From contig JBHLRZ010000015.1 in assembly GCA_048882045.1 (NCBI GenBank), positions 1 through 64,000 on the forward strand: a stretch of DNA of 64,000 bases, given 5' to 3'. The notes under the pieces are model-generated. The model was not told the DNA's origin. It did no database searches and was given only the letters and a program-made list of their open reading frames with translations. Position numbers and translations under genes: made by a program. This DNA comes from Candidatus Thorarchaeota archaeon (GTDB taxonomy: Archaea; Asgardarchaeota; Thorarchaeia; Thorarchaeales; Thorarchaeaceae). Below, in pieces: positions 9,472 through 18,439 of the stretch (its first letter is position 1; the number at the start of each line of letters is the position of its first letter).

Positions 9472-10554
9472 ATGTACTTCAAAATCATTGCAGCATCTTT
9501 TGTGATGTTCATGATTTGTACCGGTTCTGTGGGTGACGTCCCAGAAGCCATGGAAATAACAATGACTCTTGAAAATGCACCCAAAGCAATACCATCAACC
9601 ATAGTCTGGGAAGACGACTTTAATGATGAAGACATTAGCGATTGGAATATCTACGAAATCAACTGGACCTTGCCTGATGGCGTTGCGAACTTCACAGTAG
9701 ATCCACTTGATCTAGTAAACGTCAGTGACGGGGTATTGAGAATGATTGGGCCTGAGATGACCTTTGCATCCTTTAATAGCTCTGTTGCATATGGTTCATG
9801 GACTTTTGATGTGGACTTACAACATCCTGAGGACTTCAATCGATTTGGAGTGAGTTTCATAGCAGAAAAGTTTGGTGAGCATTGGCTACCAGCAGATGGC
9901 AGTAGTAATTCGTACTTCCTAAGCTTCTGGTTTGATACCTATGAAATTCGTTTCGCGAGAAATACTTATCCTGGAACTACCAACTTTCTCGATAGCTACT
10001 ATCTCAGTGATTTCACAGGCTGGAAGAGCTTCATCGTTACGAGGGAGCCTTCTGGACAGTTCTATGTCTATCTCAATGGAGTACTCATTCTCGATGTATT
10101 GGATAATACTCACACGACATCGGAACGATTCACATTTTTCGGAATGGCGAACCCAGCAATCGACAATGTAACAGTCCATGACAATATCATCATTGATGGA
10201 GCTCCACCAAAGTGGGTGGAACCTCCTAGCAATCAAATGATTGATACTGGGACGGACTTCTCCTACGATTTGAATGCAACAGATTACTCAGGAATAGACC
10301 AGTGGTGGATCAATGACACAGTGAACTTTGAGATTGATGACGACGGAGTCATTTCGAACATTGATGTTCTCGAGGCTGGGAGTTATGTTCTTCAAGTGAG
10401 TGTCAATGATACATTGGGCAACACTCAGACTGGTTCATTCAGACTGACTGTCAGAGATCTTGAAGTCCCTATTCCGATAGAGCCCATCATAGGAGCAGTT
10501 GGAGCTGTTCTGGTAGTCATCATAGTGCTGGTGCTCTGGAGGAGGAAAAGTTAA
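9472..10554 (+). CDS. Cell-surface protein: ConA/LamG-like beta-sandwich plus Ig-like domain, C-terminal TM
   Basis: Signal peptide, WEDDFND, S.VAYG.W.FD, F.VYLNG, IDNVTV, Ig-like YVLQVSVNDT.GN, TM then RRKS. Confidence 0.75.
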   Translation: MYFKIIAASFVMFMICTGSVGDVPEAMEITMTLENAPKAIPSTIVWEDDFNDEDISDWNIYEINWTLPDGVANFTVDPLDLVNVSDGVLRMIGPEMTFASFNSSVAYGSWTFDVDLQHPEDFNRFGVSFIAEKFGEHWLPADGSSNSYFLSFWFDTYEIRFARNTYPGTTNFLDSYYLSDFTGWKSFIVTREPSGQFYVYLNGVLILDVLDNTHTTSERFTFFGMANPAIDNVTVHDNIIIDGAPPKWVEPPSNQMIDTGTDFSYDLNATDYSGIDQWWINDTVNFEIDDDGVISNIDVLEAGSYVLQVSVNDTLGNTQTGSFRLTVRDLEVPIPIEPIIGAVGAVLVVIIVLVLWRRKS

Positions 10555-10594
10555 CGAGAATCTGATGTTCTCTTGAGCATTCACACAATCAATG

Positions 10595-10633
10595 GAAAAA
10601 TAGAAGGGGTGCAATCCGACTTAGCGGATTGCA
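10595..10633 (-). terminator. Terminator of the GTPase operon
   Basis: Perfect 9-bp inverted repeat TGCAATCCG-acttag-CGGATTGCA (10610-10633) followed on the minus strand by CCCCTTCTATTTTTCC. Confidence 0.6.
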
Positions 10634-10652
10634 GGTGTCGTGTTATCGTGTA

Positions 10653-11186
10653 CTATGCGAGTAAGTCGGAGTGCTTCTCAAGTATAATCCTTGTGGCAGC
10701 CTCGAACATCTCATTCACGCCTTCACCAGTCTTGGCTGATACTTCCATGCATATTGCCCCATACTGACTCGCCATCTCATTGGCGTCCTCTAGGGTGACA
10801 CCAGAACCGTTCTCTCGCTCGTCGATCTTGTTACCGACGAAGATTATCTCACAGTCTGGAGCGTTCTCCTTCAATCGGTTAATCCAGTCGGTGAGTCTCT
10901 GAAGCGAGAAGAGGCGCGTAGCATCGTAGACAGCAATAGCAATCCGTGAGCCTCTGAAGTAGTCGGATACGACATCTCGGAATCGAGGTTGGCCGCCAAG
11001 ATCCCAAAGCATGAGCGTGACATTGGCATTCTCGACCTCCATCTTCTTCGAAGCAAAATTGACTCCTATTGTCATCTTCATCTCATCGTCAAATCGGTCC
11101 TCAGTATAACGGAGCGTGATGCTGGTCTTGCCCACGCCACCTTCTCCTATGAGCACAGTCTTGAAGATTGGTAGTCTCCCTGCCAA
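10653..11186 (-). CDS. Rab-like small GTPase (Ras superfamily)
   Basis: G1 GEGGVGKT, G2 TIGVNF, G3 WDLGGQ..F, YFRG, G4 GNKID, G5 SAKTGEGV; no C-terminal Cys. Confidence 0.95.
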   Translation of the reverse strand: MAGRLPIFKTVLIGEGGVGKTSITLRYTEDRFDDEMKMTIGVNFASKKMEVENANVTLMLWDLGGQPRFRDVVSDYFRGSRIAIAVYDATRLFSLQRLTDWINRLKENAPDCEIIFVGNKIDERENGSGVTLEDANEMASQYGAICMEVSAKTGEGVNEMFEAATRIILEKHSDLLA

Positions 11187-11199
11187 ACCACATCACCTC

Positions 11200-12567
11200 T
11201 TAGTTTAGGGTACCAAGGAACCGATCTGCACGACCGGTGACACCAAACCACCAGACTCCGAACGCGCTCAGAATGAATGCTGATGAGAGAAGTGTTACGG
11301 CATTACCACCTGCTGTTCCTAGGATGAGGAAAACGACACCTAGGGATAGAAAGAGGGCTCTGTTACGTCCTGGTGTTCCAGCTTTTCTCATTCTCCACCA
11401 GAGTAGACCATAGAGTCCGAGGGGGACTATTGTCTGGAGAATACCAGAAACAGCCATGACAACACCCCGATTTGGAATTGCATCTGGGAAGATTTGAGCA
11501 GTCCATCCGCTGAGCATCAGGAAGAATGGCGCAGCCAGGATTAGTATTGGGAGAAGTAGAGCTCTTTTCCAGTCTAATGCCACAATCGAGCTCAAGTTGA
11601 GAAGCATTGGAGCAATGAGACCTAGCATTAGTGCAACATATTCTGCATTGAGTCCAACTATGAATTCAGTATGGTTCAATGCCACCGTTAAGAATGAGAA
11701 TCCACCAATAAAGAAGAACAAACCTAGTGTAAATGTAGCAGGATTTCTACTGTTACTCCATCTAGTAAACGCATAGGCAGCAGTTCCAATGGAAAGAATT
11801 GAAGCAATGGCAATGAAACTCACTGAAACCATAGATGCGATGTCAACGACTAATGGAGATACAAGTAGGTAGGCCATGAAGTATAACAATGAGCTAATGG
11901 TGAAACTATATGTTATGAGTTCTCCGCCAATCTTTGACTCTGAGCGAATCAACCCTGTAATTAGTAGTGCAGGTCCATAGAGACGAAGTGCAAGCACTAT
12001 AGCAACCGCTTCAGGTGCTGTGAAGGTCGTAGCAATCAGAATCAGAGGATAGGTCAGCGAGAGCGTAGCCAAAGCAAAGCTTGTGATCCTCCTCGTCGAA
12101 TATGTCAGGTATGTGAAGAGACCAAACGGTATGCTGAAGAGAACCACGGCAAAGAAGTTGACCGCATAGTCCGTGAATCCACCAAGTATTGTACCTGCCC
12201 CAAGCATTGTTTCGCCAACAGCGACCACAACCATAACACCAATGACAAAGAAGGGAAGAATGGCTAGTCTTCTCGATCCCATAATCATCAGAGCAGATAC
12301 CATTAGAAGTCCAGAGCCAAGAATAGCGGAAATATACCAGTAGACTTCAAGCTCGCTTATTCCAGAGCCAAAATAAAAGTTGACTAGCGAGGTGAGTCCC
12401 AGGAAGAAAATACTGACTGTGGCAACCCATAGCGGGCGACCAAAGTGTTTCTCTGCGGGTGGGAGGTTCTTGACTCGATTACGCGTAAATCTGGCTAGCA
12501 ATAGGGTACCAATGAATAACCCGATTGCGGTCATTAGTTCCGAAGAATATTGTACGACTAGTTGCAT
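11200..12567 (-). CDS. Polytopic membrane protein, about 15 TM, internal 7TM duplication
   Basis: About 15 hydrophobic segments by eye; LLMVSALMIMGSRRLAILPFF matches LLNLSSIVALDWKRALLLPIL; SIPFGLF matches IVPLGLY. Confidence 0.8.
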   Translation of the reverse strand: MQLVVQYSSELMTAIGLFIGTLLLARFTRNRVKNLPPAEKHFGRPLWVATVSIFFLGLTSLVNFYFGSGISELEVYWYISAILGSGLLMVSALMIMGSRRLAILPFFVIGVMVVVAVGETMLGAGTILGGFTDYAVNFFAVVLFSIPFGLFTYLTYSTRRITSFALATLSLTYPLILIATTFTAPEAVAIVLALRLYGPALLITGLIRSESKIGGELITYSFTISSLLYFMAYLLVSPLVVDIASMVSVSFIAIASILSIGTAAYAFTRWSNSRNPATFTLGLFFFIGGFSFLTVALNHTEFIVGLNAEYVALMLGLIAPMLLNLSSIVALDWKRALLLPILILAAPFFLMLSGWTAQIFPDAIPNRGVVMAVSGILQTIVPLGLYGLLWWRMRKAGTPGRNRALFLSLGVVFLILGTAGGNAVTLLSSAFILSAFGVWWFGVTGRADRFLGTLN

Positions 12568-12578
12568 TTATTGCACCC

Positions 12579-12968
12579 CTAAAGCATCTTAGATGCCCAT
12601 TCATTTGCGCGTTTCATTGCACTCTGTGCCTCTTCTGCAGCCCTCTTGATCAGGTTGATTGTCTCGTCCGTGATGATTTCTCCAAGGGTACCCTTGCAGA
12701 GCTCACTGATCTTGGTGTTCAATTCGGTAGCATTCTTGTCATTCTGATCATGGATTGTGACCAGGAAGACTCGATCTGTCTTGGAGATGATTATACGATA
12801 GTTCTCAAGAGAGAGTTCACTGACGCTCTTGCCAGATATCTTCTTGCTATACATTTGAATAGCGGAAAGAAATCCCCCAAAAAGAGCCTCGTCTATCTGG
12901 AAATCTCCAATCGGAATTGAGGCGATGGTTTCACCGCCCTCGTTCACAACATATACGCTTTGGATCAA
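12579..12968 (-). CDS. Stand-alone longin-domain protein
   Basis: IQSVYVVNEGGETI...DEALFGGFLSAIQMYSKKISGKSVSELSLENYRIII, typical Asgard longin pattern; TTG start at 12968 preferred (track start 13001 overlaps upstream gene). Confidence 0.8.
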   Translation of the reverse strand: MIQSVYVVNEGGETIASIPIGDFQIDEALFGGFLSAIQMYSKKISGKSVSELSLENYRIIISKTDRVFLVTIHDQNDKNATELNTKISELCKGTLGEIITDETINLIKRAAEEAQSAMKRANEWASKML

Positions 12969-12982
12969 TATTTCTGCATCCC

Positions 12983-13249
12983 CTAGAAACTGTCCATCCA
13001 CTTCTGAGCTTTGTCAACAGATCCTTCATCTTCGACAACAGCTCCAGCAAGTTCGACATCTCGAATAGTGAATTTCTTGTCGACGAATAGAATCACATTG
13101 TGACCTTTGTTGCATTTTGCAGGTACTAAAACAGGAACACGTTTGGCGTTGATGATTGAGTCCTCGTCAACCGTTATTCCTTGAATTGCATCTCTACAAT
13201 CTGGGCAAGGAACTGTGTCCAGTGTCTTTTTTCCCATTTTAGTCACCAC
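12983..13249 (-). CDS. Small Zn-ribbon protein (CPDC...CNKGH)
   Basis: 88 aa; CxxC and CxxxH pairs; first gene of the GTPase operon. Confidence 0.75.
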   Translation of the reverse strand: MVTKMGKKTLDTVPCPDCRDAIQGITVDEDSIINAKRVPVLVPAKCNKGHNVILFVDKKFTIRDVELAGAVVEDEGSVDKAQKWMDSF

Positions 13250-13280
13250 TTGGCAGATACACTCTGCAATCTTGCGCAGC

Positions 13281-13306
13281 TAATTTCGCGCTCCATTGCG
13301 AAATTA
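13281..13306. promoter_or_regulatory. Inverted repeat in divergent promoter region
   Basis: TAATTTCGC-gctccatt-GCGAAATTA; related TGAATT-gcgaaa-AATTCA at about 13354-13371. Confidence 0.45.
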
Positions 13307-13455
13307 ACAATGAATAGCCCCTAATATTCCTATATTAACCAATTTCTTATGTATGAATTGCGAAAAATTCAATAAATCGAAAGAGTCTCGCATTTTGGAC
13401 GGCAAAAGTTATCAGTTGTATTGATTCGCGCAGGAACCTGCTTGAGTGATGATAT

Positions 13456-13719
13456 ATGAAAGCCTACATTCTGATCAAAACCGTCGTTGGGCAAGAGGAC
13501 ACTGTTATGCAAGACGTCCTGAAGCTGTCTGTGACTGAGGAGGCACACAAAGTCTTCGGTGCATATGACATTGTTGCTGAGGTTAGAGGTCGGGACATGG
13601 AAACTCTTGTCGAGATCATCACAGGCAAACTGAGAATGATTAAGGGGATAGAGGACACCGAATCTTTACTCGTGATTGACAGTGAGATAGATATGACCTC
13701 TACGAGTCTTGGTTCCTAG
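13456..13719 (+). CDS. Stand-alone Lrp/AsnC ligand-binding (RAM) domain protein
   Basis: KAYILI...VFGAYDIVAEV...IKGIEDTESL; no HTH. Confidence 0.88.
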   Translation: MKAYILIKTVVGQEDTVMQDVLKLSVTEEAHKVFGAYDIVAEVRGRDMETLVEIITGKLRMIKGIEDTESLLVIDSEIDMTSTSLGS

Positions 13720-13791
13720 TAAACTCAGTGATAGAGTCTGTCTAAGAATTTCTTTTATGCGATGGACTGACAAGGGGTATTTGGGATTACC

Positions 13792-14568
13792 ATGAAGGCT
13801 CTAGCAAGATCTCCGTACATGCTGATGTTGAAAGACGAATCCGGCGAAGTAAATACTGTCCAGCTGGATGCGGCATTAGTGAATAGCGAGAATGCAATCA
13901 TTGTCTTGGACGAGTTCAATGATACATGTTGGGCGTGGGTTGGTAGAAATGTCAATATGCCCACGAGAATGCATGCGTTAAGAATTGCACGAGGACTTCA
14001 AAAATCTGGACATCAGGTGGGTGTGACCACTATCGGTCTCAATTGTAGTAGATTTGTTGAGATGATGGAAAAGGACGATTCAGACCAAGATGTTGCTGCA
14101 GCAATAGTAGAATTCAAGGGAGTATTAGAAGGCAGGTGGAGCTTCGATGATGGAGTTCTCGCACACAGAGGCGAGGGCAAGGTCGAGGAACCAATTGCTG
14201 GTGCTCCAAAGAAGAAGCTACTTCCGCCAGAACCGACACCCGAACCTATTGCAGGAGCACCTGAAACACCGACACTGGTGGCCGAAACGATAGTTGATAA
14301 ACCATCGACTCCCGCTGTTTCAGCCTCACTTGCTGAAAAGAAGATGGCCTATCTGATGCTTTCAGTAACGAGGAATACAGAACTGGTGTACACTGAACGA
14401 TTCGAGAAGGGTGGAAAGAAAGGCCTGAAAATTGAGTCCCCAGGAATTATGGTCATTGAAGCACTCTTTGATGGGGACCAACTCGCAATCACACCAATGG
14501 ATTTTGGTGGATCAGAAATCGCCTCCAAGATCAAGACAGAGTACGAAGGTTTTGTTAAGAGACTCTAA
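13792..14568 (+). CDS. Gelsolin-domain protein with Pro-rich linker and C-terminal domain (1DGelX-like architecture)
   Basis: LVNSENAIIVLDEFNDTCWAWVGRNVNMPTRMHALRIA fits gelsolin repeat consensus (LNS.D.FILD....W.W.G......A...A). Confidence 0.75.
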   Translation: MKALARSPYMLMLKDESGEVNTVQLDAALVNSENAIIVLDEFNDTCWAWVGRNVNMPTRMHALRIARGLQKSGHQVGVTTIGLNCSRFVEMMEKDDSDQDVAAAIVEFKGVLEGRWSFDDGVLAHRGEGKVEEPIAGAPKKKLLPPEPTPEPIAGAPETPTLVAETIVDKPSTPAVSASLAEKKMAYLMLSVTRNTELVYTERFEKGGKKGLKIESPGIMVIEALFDGDQLAITPMDFGGSEIASKIKTEYEGFVKRL

Positions 14569-14574
14569 GTCAAT

Positions 14575-14597
14575 GTGAGTGGCACAAGCCACTCGCA
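14575..14597. terminator. Hairpin between convergent genes
   Basis: tgtGAGTGGC-acaa-GCCACTCgca. Confidence 0.55.
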
Positions 14598-14607
14598 GAC
14601 TACTTTT

Positions 14608-15396
14608 CTATTCATCCAGTTTCCTGTACCAGTAAGTGTACAACTGTTGGAAACCTAATTTGTCATACAACTTGAGAGCAGGCAGGTTCTCGGATTCTAC
14701 TTGAAGATAGGCTGCCTTGGCACTCCGTTGGTTTCCCCACTGAGCAAGCGCGGTGTTCACCGCCACTGCAACTCCTCTTTCCCGCATCGAGGGATGTACT
14801 GCTATGTTGAAGAGACCGAGCCACTTGCCATCAACAACTCCTAATCCAACCCCTGCGGGTTCTCGGTCAATCCGGACTAGGGCAAATGCCTTGTGAAGGG
14901 TGGAACGTTTCATCAAATCTCTTCTAGTGTCCATTGTGGAGGAGTCATATCCGGAAGATTCATTGTAGACAGACATCCAAGTATCAGTGATGTCATTCGA
15001 AACCAAGACATCAAGTCCAGGGTCAATTTTGATAAGGTGGTTGATTGCTGCTGTGTGAACCTCTACCTGCAAGCCGACTGAAAATCCACGTTCTGAGAGG
15101 TCTCTATCAAGCTCTTGCGGTTTGCTGGTGTCGGTCATTTGAAAACGAGGTATCAATTCCCTCTCCTTGTAGAACTCAATGACTTTCTCAATGGCGTCTT
15201 CCAATGGTAGAACTGGTGGACCGAGTGGCAAAACACTGTTCGCTCTCCTTGTGACCCCGCTATTGGCTCGTATCAGCCAACCTCCTAACCGTTCGTTTTC
15301 CTGAGCAATCCAGGCATTTGCAGCAACCTGTTCTAGCTCGACAATCTGTGATTGATCGATCAAGATATTGCCTCCTGCAAGAGAATGCGTATGCAT
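14608..15396 (-). CDS. GNAT family N-acetyltransferase
   Basis: GWLIRA..GVTRRANSV, IAVHPSMRERGVA, YLQVE.EN.PA..LY.KLGF. Confidence 0.9.
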   Translation of the reverse strand: MHTHSLAGGNILIDQSQIVELEQVAANAWIAQENERLGGWLIRANSGVTRRANSVLPLGPPVLPLEDAIEKVIEFYKERELIPRFQMTDTSKPQELDRDLSERGFSVGLQVEVHTAAINHLIKIDPGLDVLVSNDITDTWMSVYNESSGYDSSTMDTRRDLMKRSTLHKAFALVRIDREPAGVGLGVVDGKWLGLFNIAVHPSMRERGVAVAVNTALAQWGNQRSAKAAYLQVESENLPALKLYDKLGFQQLYTYWYRKLDE

Positions 15397-15435
15397 TCAT
15401 CCTACAAATTTGTTGTCAGTCGCTAATATTTGTAC

Positions 15436-15948
15436 TCAATCATCGTCGGGAGCCCAAGGAGTTTCCCTCGGAAACCATCTAGGCACGTTATCACGATATG
15501 TTTCGTACTCTTTACCAAATCTTGCAACAAGTTCTGGCTCCTCATACTTGATGAAATAGATGTGGTTGCCTATGAAGAAAATGGCAGTCCACAACCATAA
15601 GACGAAGCTCAATAGTAAAATCGTTTCACCCATGAGTACCATGAGTACACCGGTTATCATGGGATTTCTCTCGTATCGGTATATCCCAACTACGACCAAT
15701 TTCTTGGTTGGTGCCCATGGTGCAAGTGTACCTTTCCCAATGTTTGCGAATAATCTAACACAGTGAACCATTATCACTAAGCCGGTAATGACAAGAGTTA
15801 ATCCAGAAAGCACAAGCAGTGGTTCAAAGAAGTAAGGGAGAAAACTTCCAAAGGGGGTATCCATTGTCAGCCATGACAGAATCCAGGGTATCAAAATGAG
15901 GACACTGATTGGTAGCAATAATGCACTTGCATGTTCACGTTTGCTCAT
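15436..15948 (-). CDS. Isoprenylcysteine carboxyl methyltransferase / PEMT family membrane protein
   Basis: GKGTLAPW.PTKKLVVVGIYRYERNPM, EEPEL..RFG.EY..Y...VPRW. Confidence 0.9.
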   Translation of the reverse strand: MSKREHASALLLPISVLILIPWILSWLTMDTPFGSFLPYFFEPLLVLSGLTLVITGLVIMVHCVRLFANIGKGTLAPWAPTKKLVVVGIYRYERNPMITGVLMVLMGETILLLSFVLWLWTAIFFIGNHIYFIKYEEPELVARFGKEYETYRDNVPRWFPRETPWAPDDD

Positions 15949-15965
15949 CGATACTCAAACTCCTT

Positions 15966-17552
15966 TCATTCAATGGCCCCGTATCCTTTCTTCAGAAGGG
16001 TGTCAACAGTTTCATCTAAAAGGTCAGGATAATCAATGTTGTAATGAGCACCTCGACTCTCCTTACGCATTCGAGCCATCCTAATAACGAGTTCCGCAAC
16101 AGTTGCGAGATTTCTTAGCTCAACGAGGTCGGGAGTGACCTTGAAATCCCAGTAGAATTGATTTATCTCTCTGGTTATGAACTCGAGTCGATTGCTTGCA
16201 CGAATCAGTCGCTTTTTCGACCTTGCGATTCCCACATAGTTAATCATTGTTCGACGTATCTCTTCCCAAAGATGAGAGATTACAACCAGCTCATCAGGAT
16301 CAGTAGCCTCTCCAGGGTCCCACGGAGGGATGTCGATTGGTTTCGACGAATCTGATAGTTCTTCAATAGCAGCCATGGAAGCATTATGCGCAAGTACTGC
16401 TGCTTCCAAGAGAGAGTTAGAAGCCAAGCGGTTGGCACCGTGGAATCCCGTACAGGTCGTTTCTCCAATCGCGAAGAGACCTGCGACATCTGTTCGTCCA
16501 TAGATGTCAGTCCGTACTCCTCCCATCATGTAGTGGGCTGCAGGCACGACAGGAATCGGCTCTTTTGTGATGTCAATTCCAGCAGTCAAGCAGGTCTCGT
16601 AGATTTGGGGAAAGCGGTCCTTCAGGTAATCTGCTTTTTTGAACGAGATGTCCAACCAGACGTGGTCAGCGCCAGTCTTCTTGAGCTCGGTGTCGATTGC
16701 TCTGGCTACAACATCACGAGGCGCCAGCTCTGCGTCTTCATGATAGTCTGGCATGAACCTTTTTCCATCTCGACCTAGAAGTTTGGCACCTTCGCCACGG
16801 AGTGCTTCTGATATGAGAAATGATCTGACCTTGTGGTGATAAAGCAGAGTCGGATGAAACTGGACCATTTCGAGATTCATGACGGTGGCACCGGCACGAT
16901 ATGCCATGGCAATGCCGTCCCCAGTTGCTACATCGGGATTGCTCGTATAGAGAAAGACTCGTCCCGTCCCACCTGTTGCAAGGATTACAGCCTTGGCCAT
17001 GAAACGTTCAACCTCATTGGTGTTCTCATCGAGTATATAGGCTCCTAAGACTCGGTTGTTCTTCGTATAGAGATTGATAGCCATGTGATTCTCATGAATT
17101 GTGATGTTCTTCTCGTTCTTCATACGATCTGCCAAAGCCAGCTCTATGTCTTTACCTGTATGATCTTTCACATGCAACACGCGACGCTTACTATGACCTC
17201 CCTCCAACCCGAGCTCAAAGTCACCTGTGGATTCCTCACCAGAAAAGTCGACTCCTAGCTCAATTAGCTCCTGAATTCTTGCAGGTCCATCCCTCACAAT
17301 GGATTCCACAACATCTCGGTGACAGAGGCCAGCACCGACCCGAATTGTGTCCTCAACATGTAGGTCGATTGAGTCTTCAGGAGAAACCACAGCAGCAATC
17401 CCTCCTTGAGCCTTTATCGTAGCTGATTCTGTGAGTCGTCCCTTCGTGACGATATTCACTGTCCCATGTTGTGCCACTTTCAGTGAGAAGAGCTGTCCAG
17501 ATAACCCACTACCAATAACGAGGAAATCTGAAGAGTAGACCTTATCTGACAT
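15966..17552 (-). CDS. nadB: L-aspartate oxidase
   Basis: IGSGLSG, AQGGIAA, EGGHSKRR, QFHPT, LISEALRGEG, PAAHY.MGG, HGANRLASNSLLE, RKESRGAHY. Confidence 0.95.
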   Translation of the reverse strand: MSDKVYSSDFLVIGSGLSGQLFSLKVAQHGTVNIVTKGRLTESATIKAQGGIAAVVSPEDSIDLHVEDTIRVGAGLCHRDVVESIVRDGPARIQELIELGVDFSGEESTGDFELGLEGGHSKRRVLHVKDHTGKDIELALADRMKNEKNITIHENHMAINLYTKNNRVLGAYILDENTNEVERFMAKAVILATGGTGRVFLYTSNPDVATGDGIAMAYRAGATVMNLEMVQFHPTLLYHHKVRSFLISEALRGEGAKLLGRDGKRFMPDYHEDAELAPRDVVARAIDTELKKTGADHVWLDISFKKADYLKDRFPQIYETCLTAGIDITKEPIPVVPAAHYMMGGVRTDIYGRTDVAGLFAIGETTCTGFHGANRLASNSLLEAAVLAHNASMAAIEELSDSSKPIDIPPWDPGEATDPDELVVISHLWEEIRRTMINYVGIARSKKRLIRASNRLEFITREINQFYWDFKVTPDLVELRNLATVAELVIRMARMRKESRGAHYNIDYPDLLDETVDTLLKKGYGAIE

Positions 17553-17666
17553 TACTCCATGTCTCCTACTCTCGGTCATTCATACTTGGCACATAAGCCT
17601 TCTCGAACATCGTAGGAAGACATTAACCCCTGTATTTACAGAAAAAAACAGGACTGGTGTTGCTTA

Positions 17667-18377
17667 TTGACAAACTGTGAGGAATGCAAACGTTATGGAT
17701 ATTCAAGAACAGACCAGGTTGTTCATCCGTGTGTCCTCTGTGGAGAGATGCGTTGTGATGACCACATGATCTGGGTTCCTGCTCATGAGATAGACAGACC
17801 GTTCGATGAAACTCAAGCACTGCTGAAGTTGATGAAACATAAGCAACAAGGCGGATGGTATGGATTCTGCGGTCGACCATCACACATCCCGAGAGGAGTC
17901 CCATATAGAGCGGGACAGGAAAAAGAGGGAGGAAAGATGATCAGTCCCATTCTTGACCATGAGAAGAAGGTTGGTCTTGAGATGTTCCGTATGTGGGAGA
18001 TTGGTGTGATTGAGGATGGTTTTGAGAAACAGTGGGAAACAAAGCACTACGCCTTGTCTTGTTCCATAGCCACAGTGATGGTCTTATTTGCCAATCTACA
18101 TGCGACTCAGAAAGATTCTCCAGGGCTTCTAGACAGCATCTATAACTCAGCAATATTGACCTTTGGAGACAAGAAGGCAACGTTCTTTGGAGGCTCAAAA
18201 CAGGAGTTTCTCAAAGCAGTTGGGAAGAATCCGGACATTCAGACATTCGTTAATTATGCGTGTTCAAGGTGTGCTGTCATTCCTTGTCTCAACCGACAGG
18301 TGTCTTTCTATGATCAGAAGTTCTTCAAAAGACTAGCCCAGAATCCTGAATTGCTGTTCCCAGACGAAGAAACCTGA
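17667..18377 (+). CDS. Hypothetical protein with N-terminal AN1/B-box-like zinc finger
   Basis: CEEC-x14-CVLC-x4-CDDH-x6-H; further Cys cluster CSRC...PC near C-terminus. Confidence 0.65.
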   Translation: MTNCEECKRYGYSRTDQVVHPCVLCGEMRCDDHMIWVPAHEIDRPFDETQALLKLMKHKQQGGWYGFCGRPSHIPRGVPYRAGQEKEGGKMISPILDHEKKVGLEMFRMWEIGVIEDGFEKQWETKHYALSCSIATVMVLFANLHATQKDSPGLLDSIYNSAILTFGDKKATFFGGSKQEFLKAVGKNPDIQTFVNYACSRCAVIPCLNRQVSFYDQKFFKRLAQNPELLFPDEET

Positions 18378-18439
18378 AACTTCTGTCCAAGATAGTGATA
18401 AATAAGAAATATCCGAAGACCGTTTTGGAGCTGTACTGG

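Noticed and set aside
11200-12567. Rhodopsin or bona fide GPCR call
   Set aside because: No retinal Lys and no DRY/NPxxY-type motifs seen; only topology is supportable.
15436-15948. ICMT-like gene as a prenylation partner of the Rab-like GTPase
   Set aside because: The GTPase ends HSDLLA with no Cys; this methyltransferase family is widespread in prokaryotes and the gene follows nadB.
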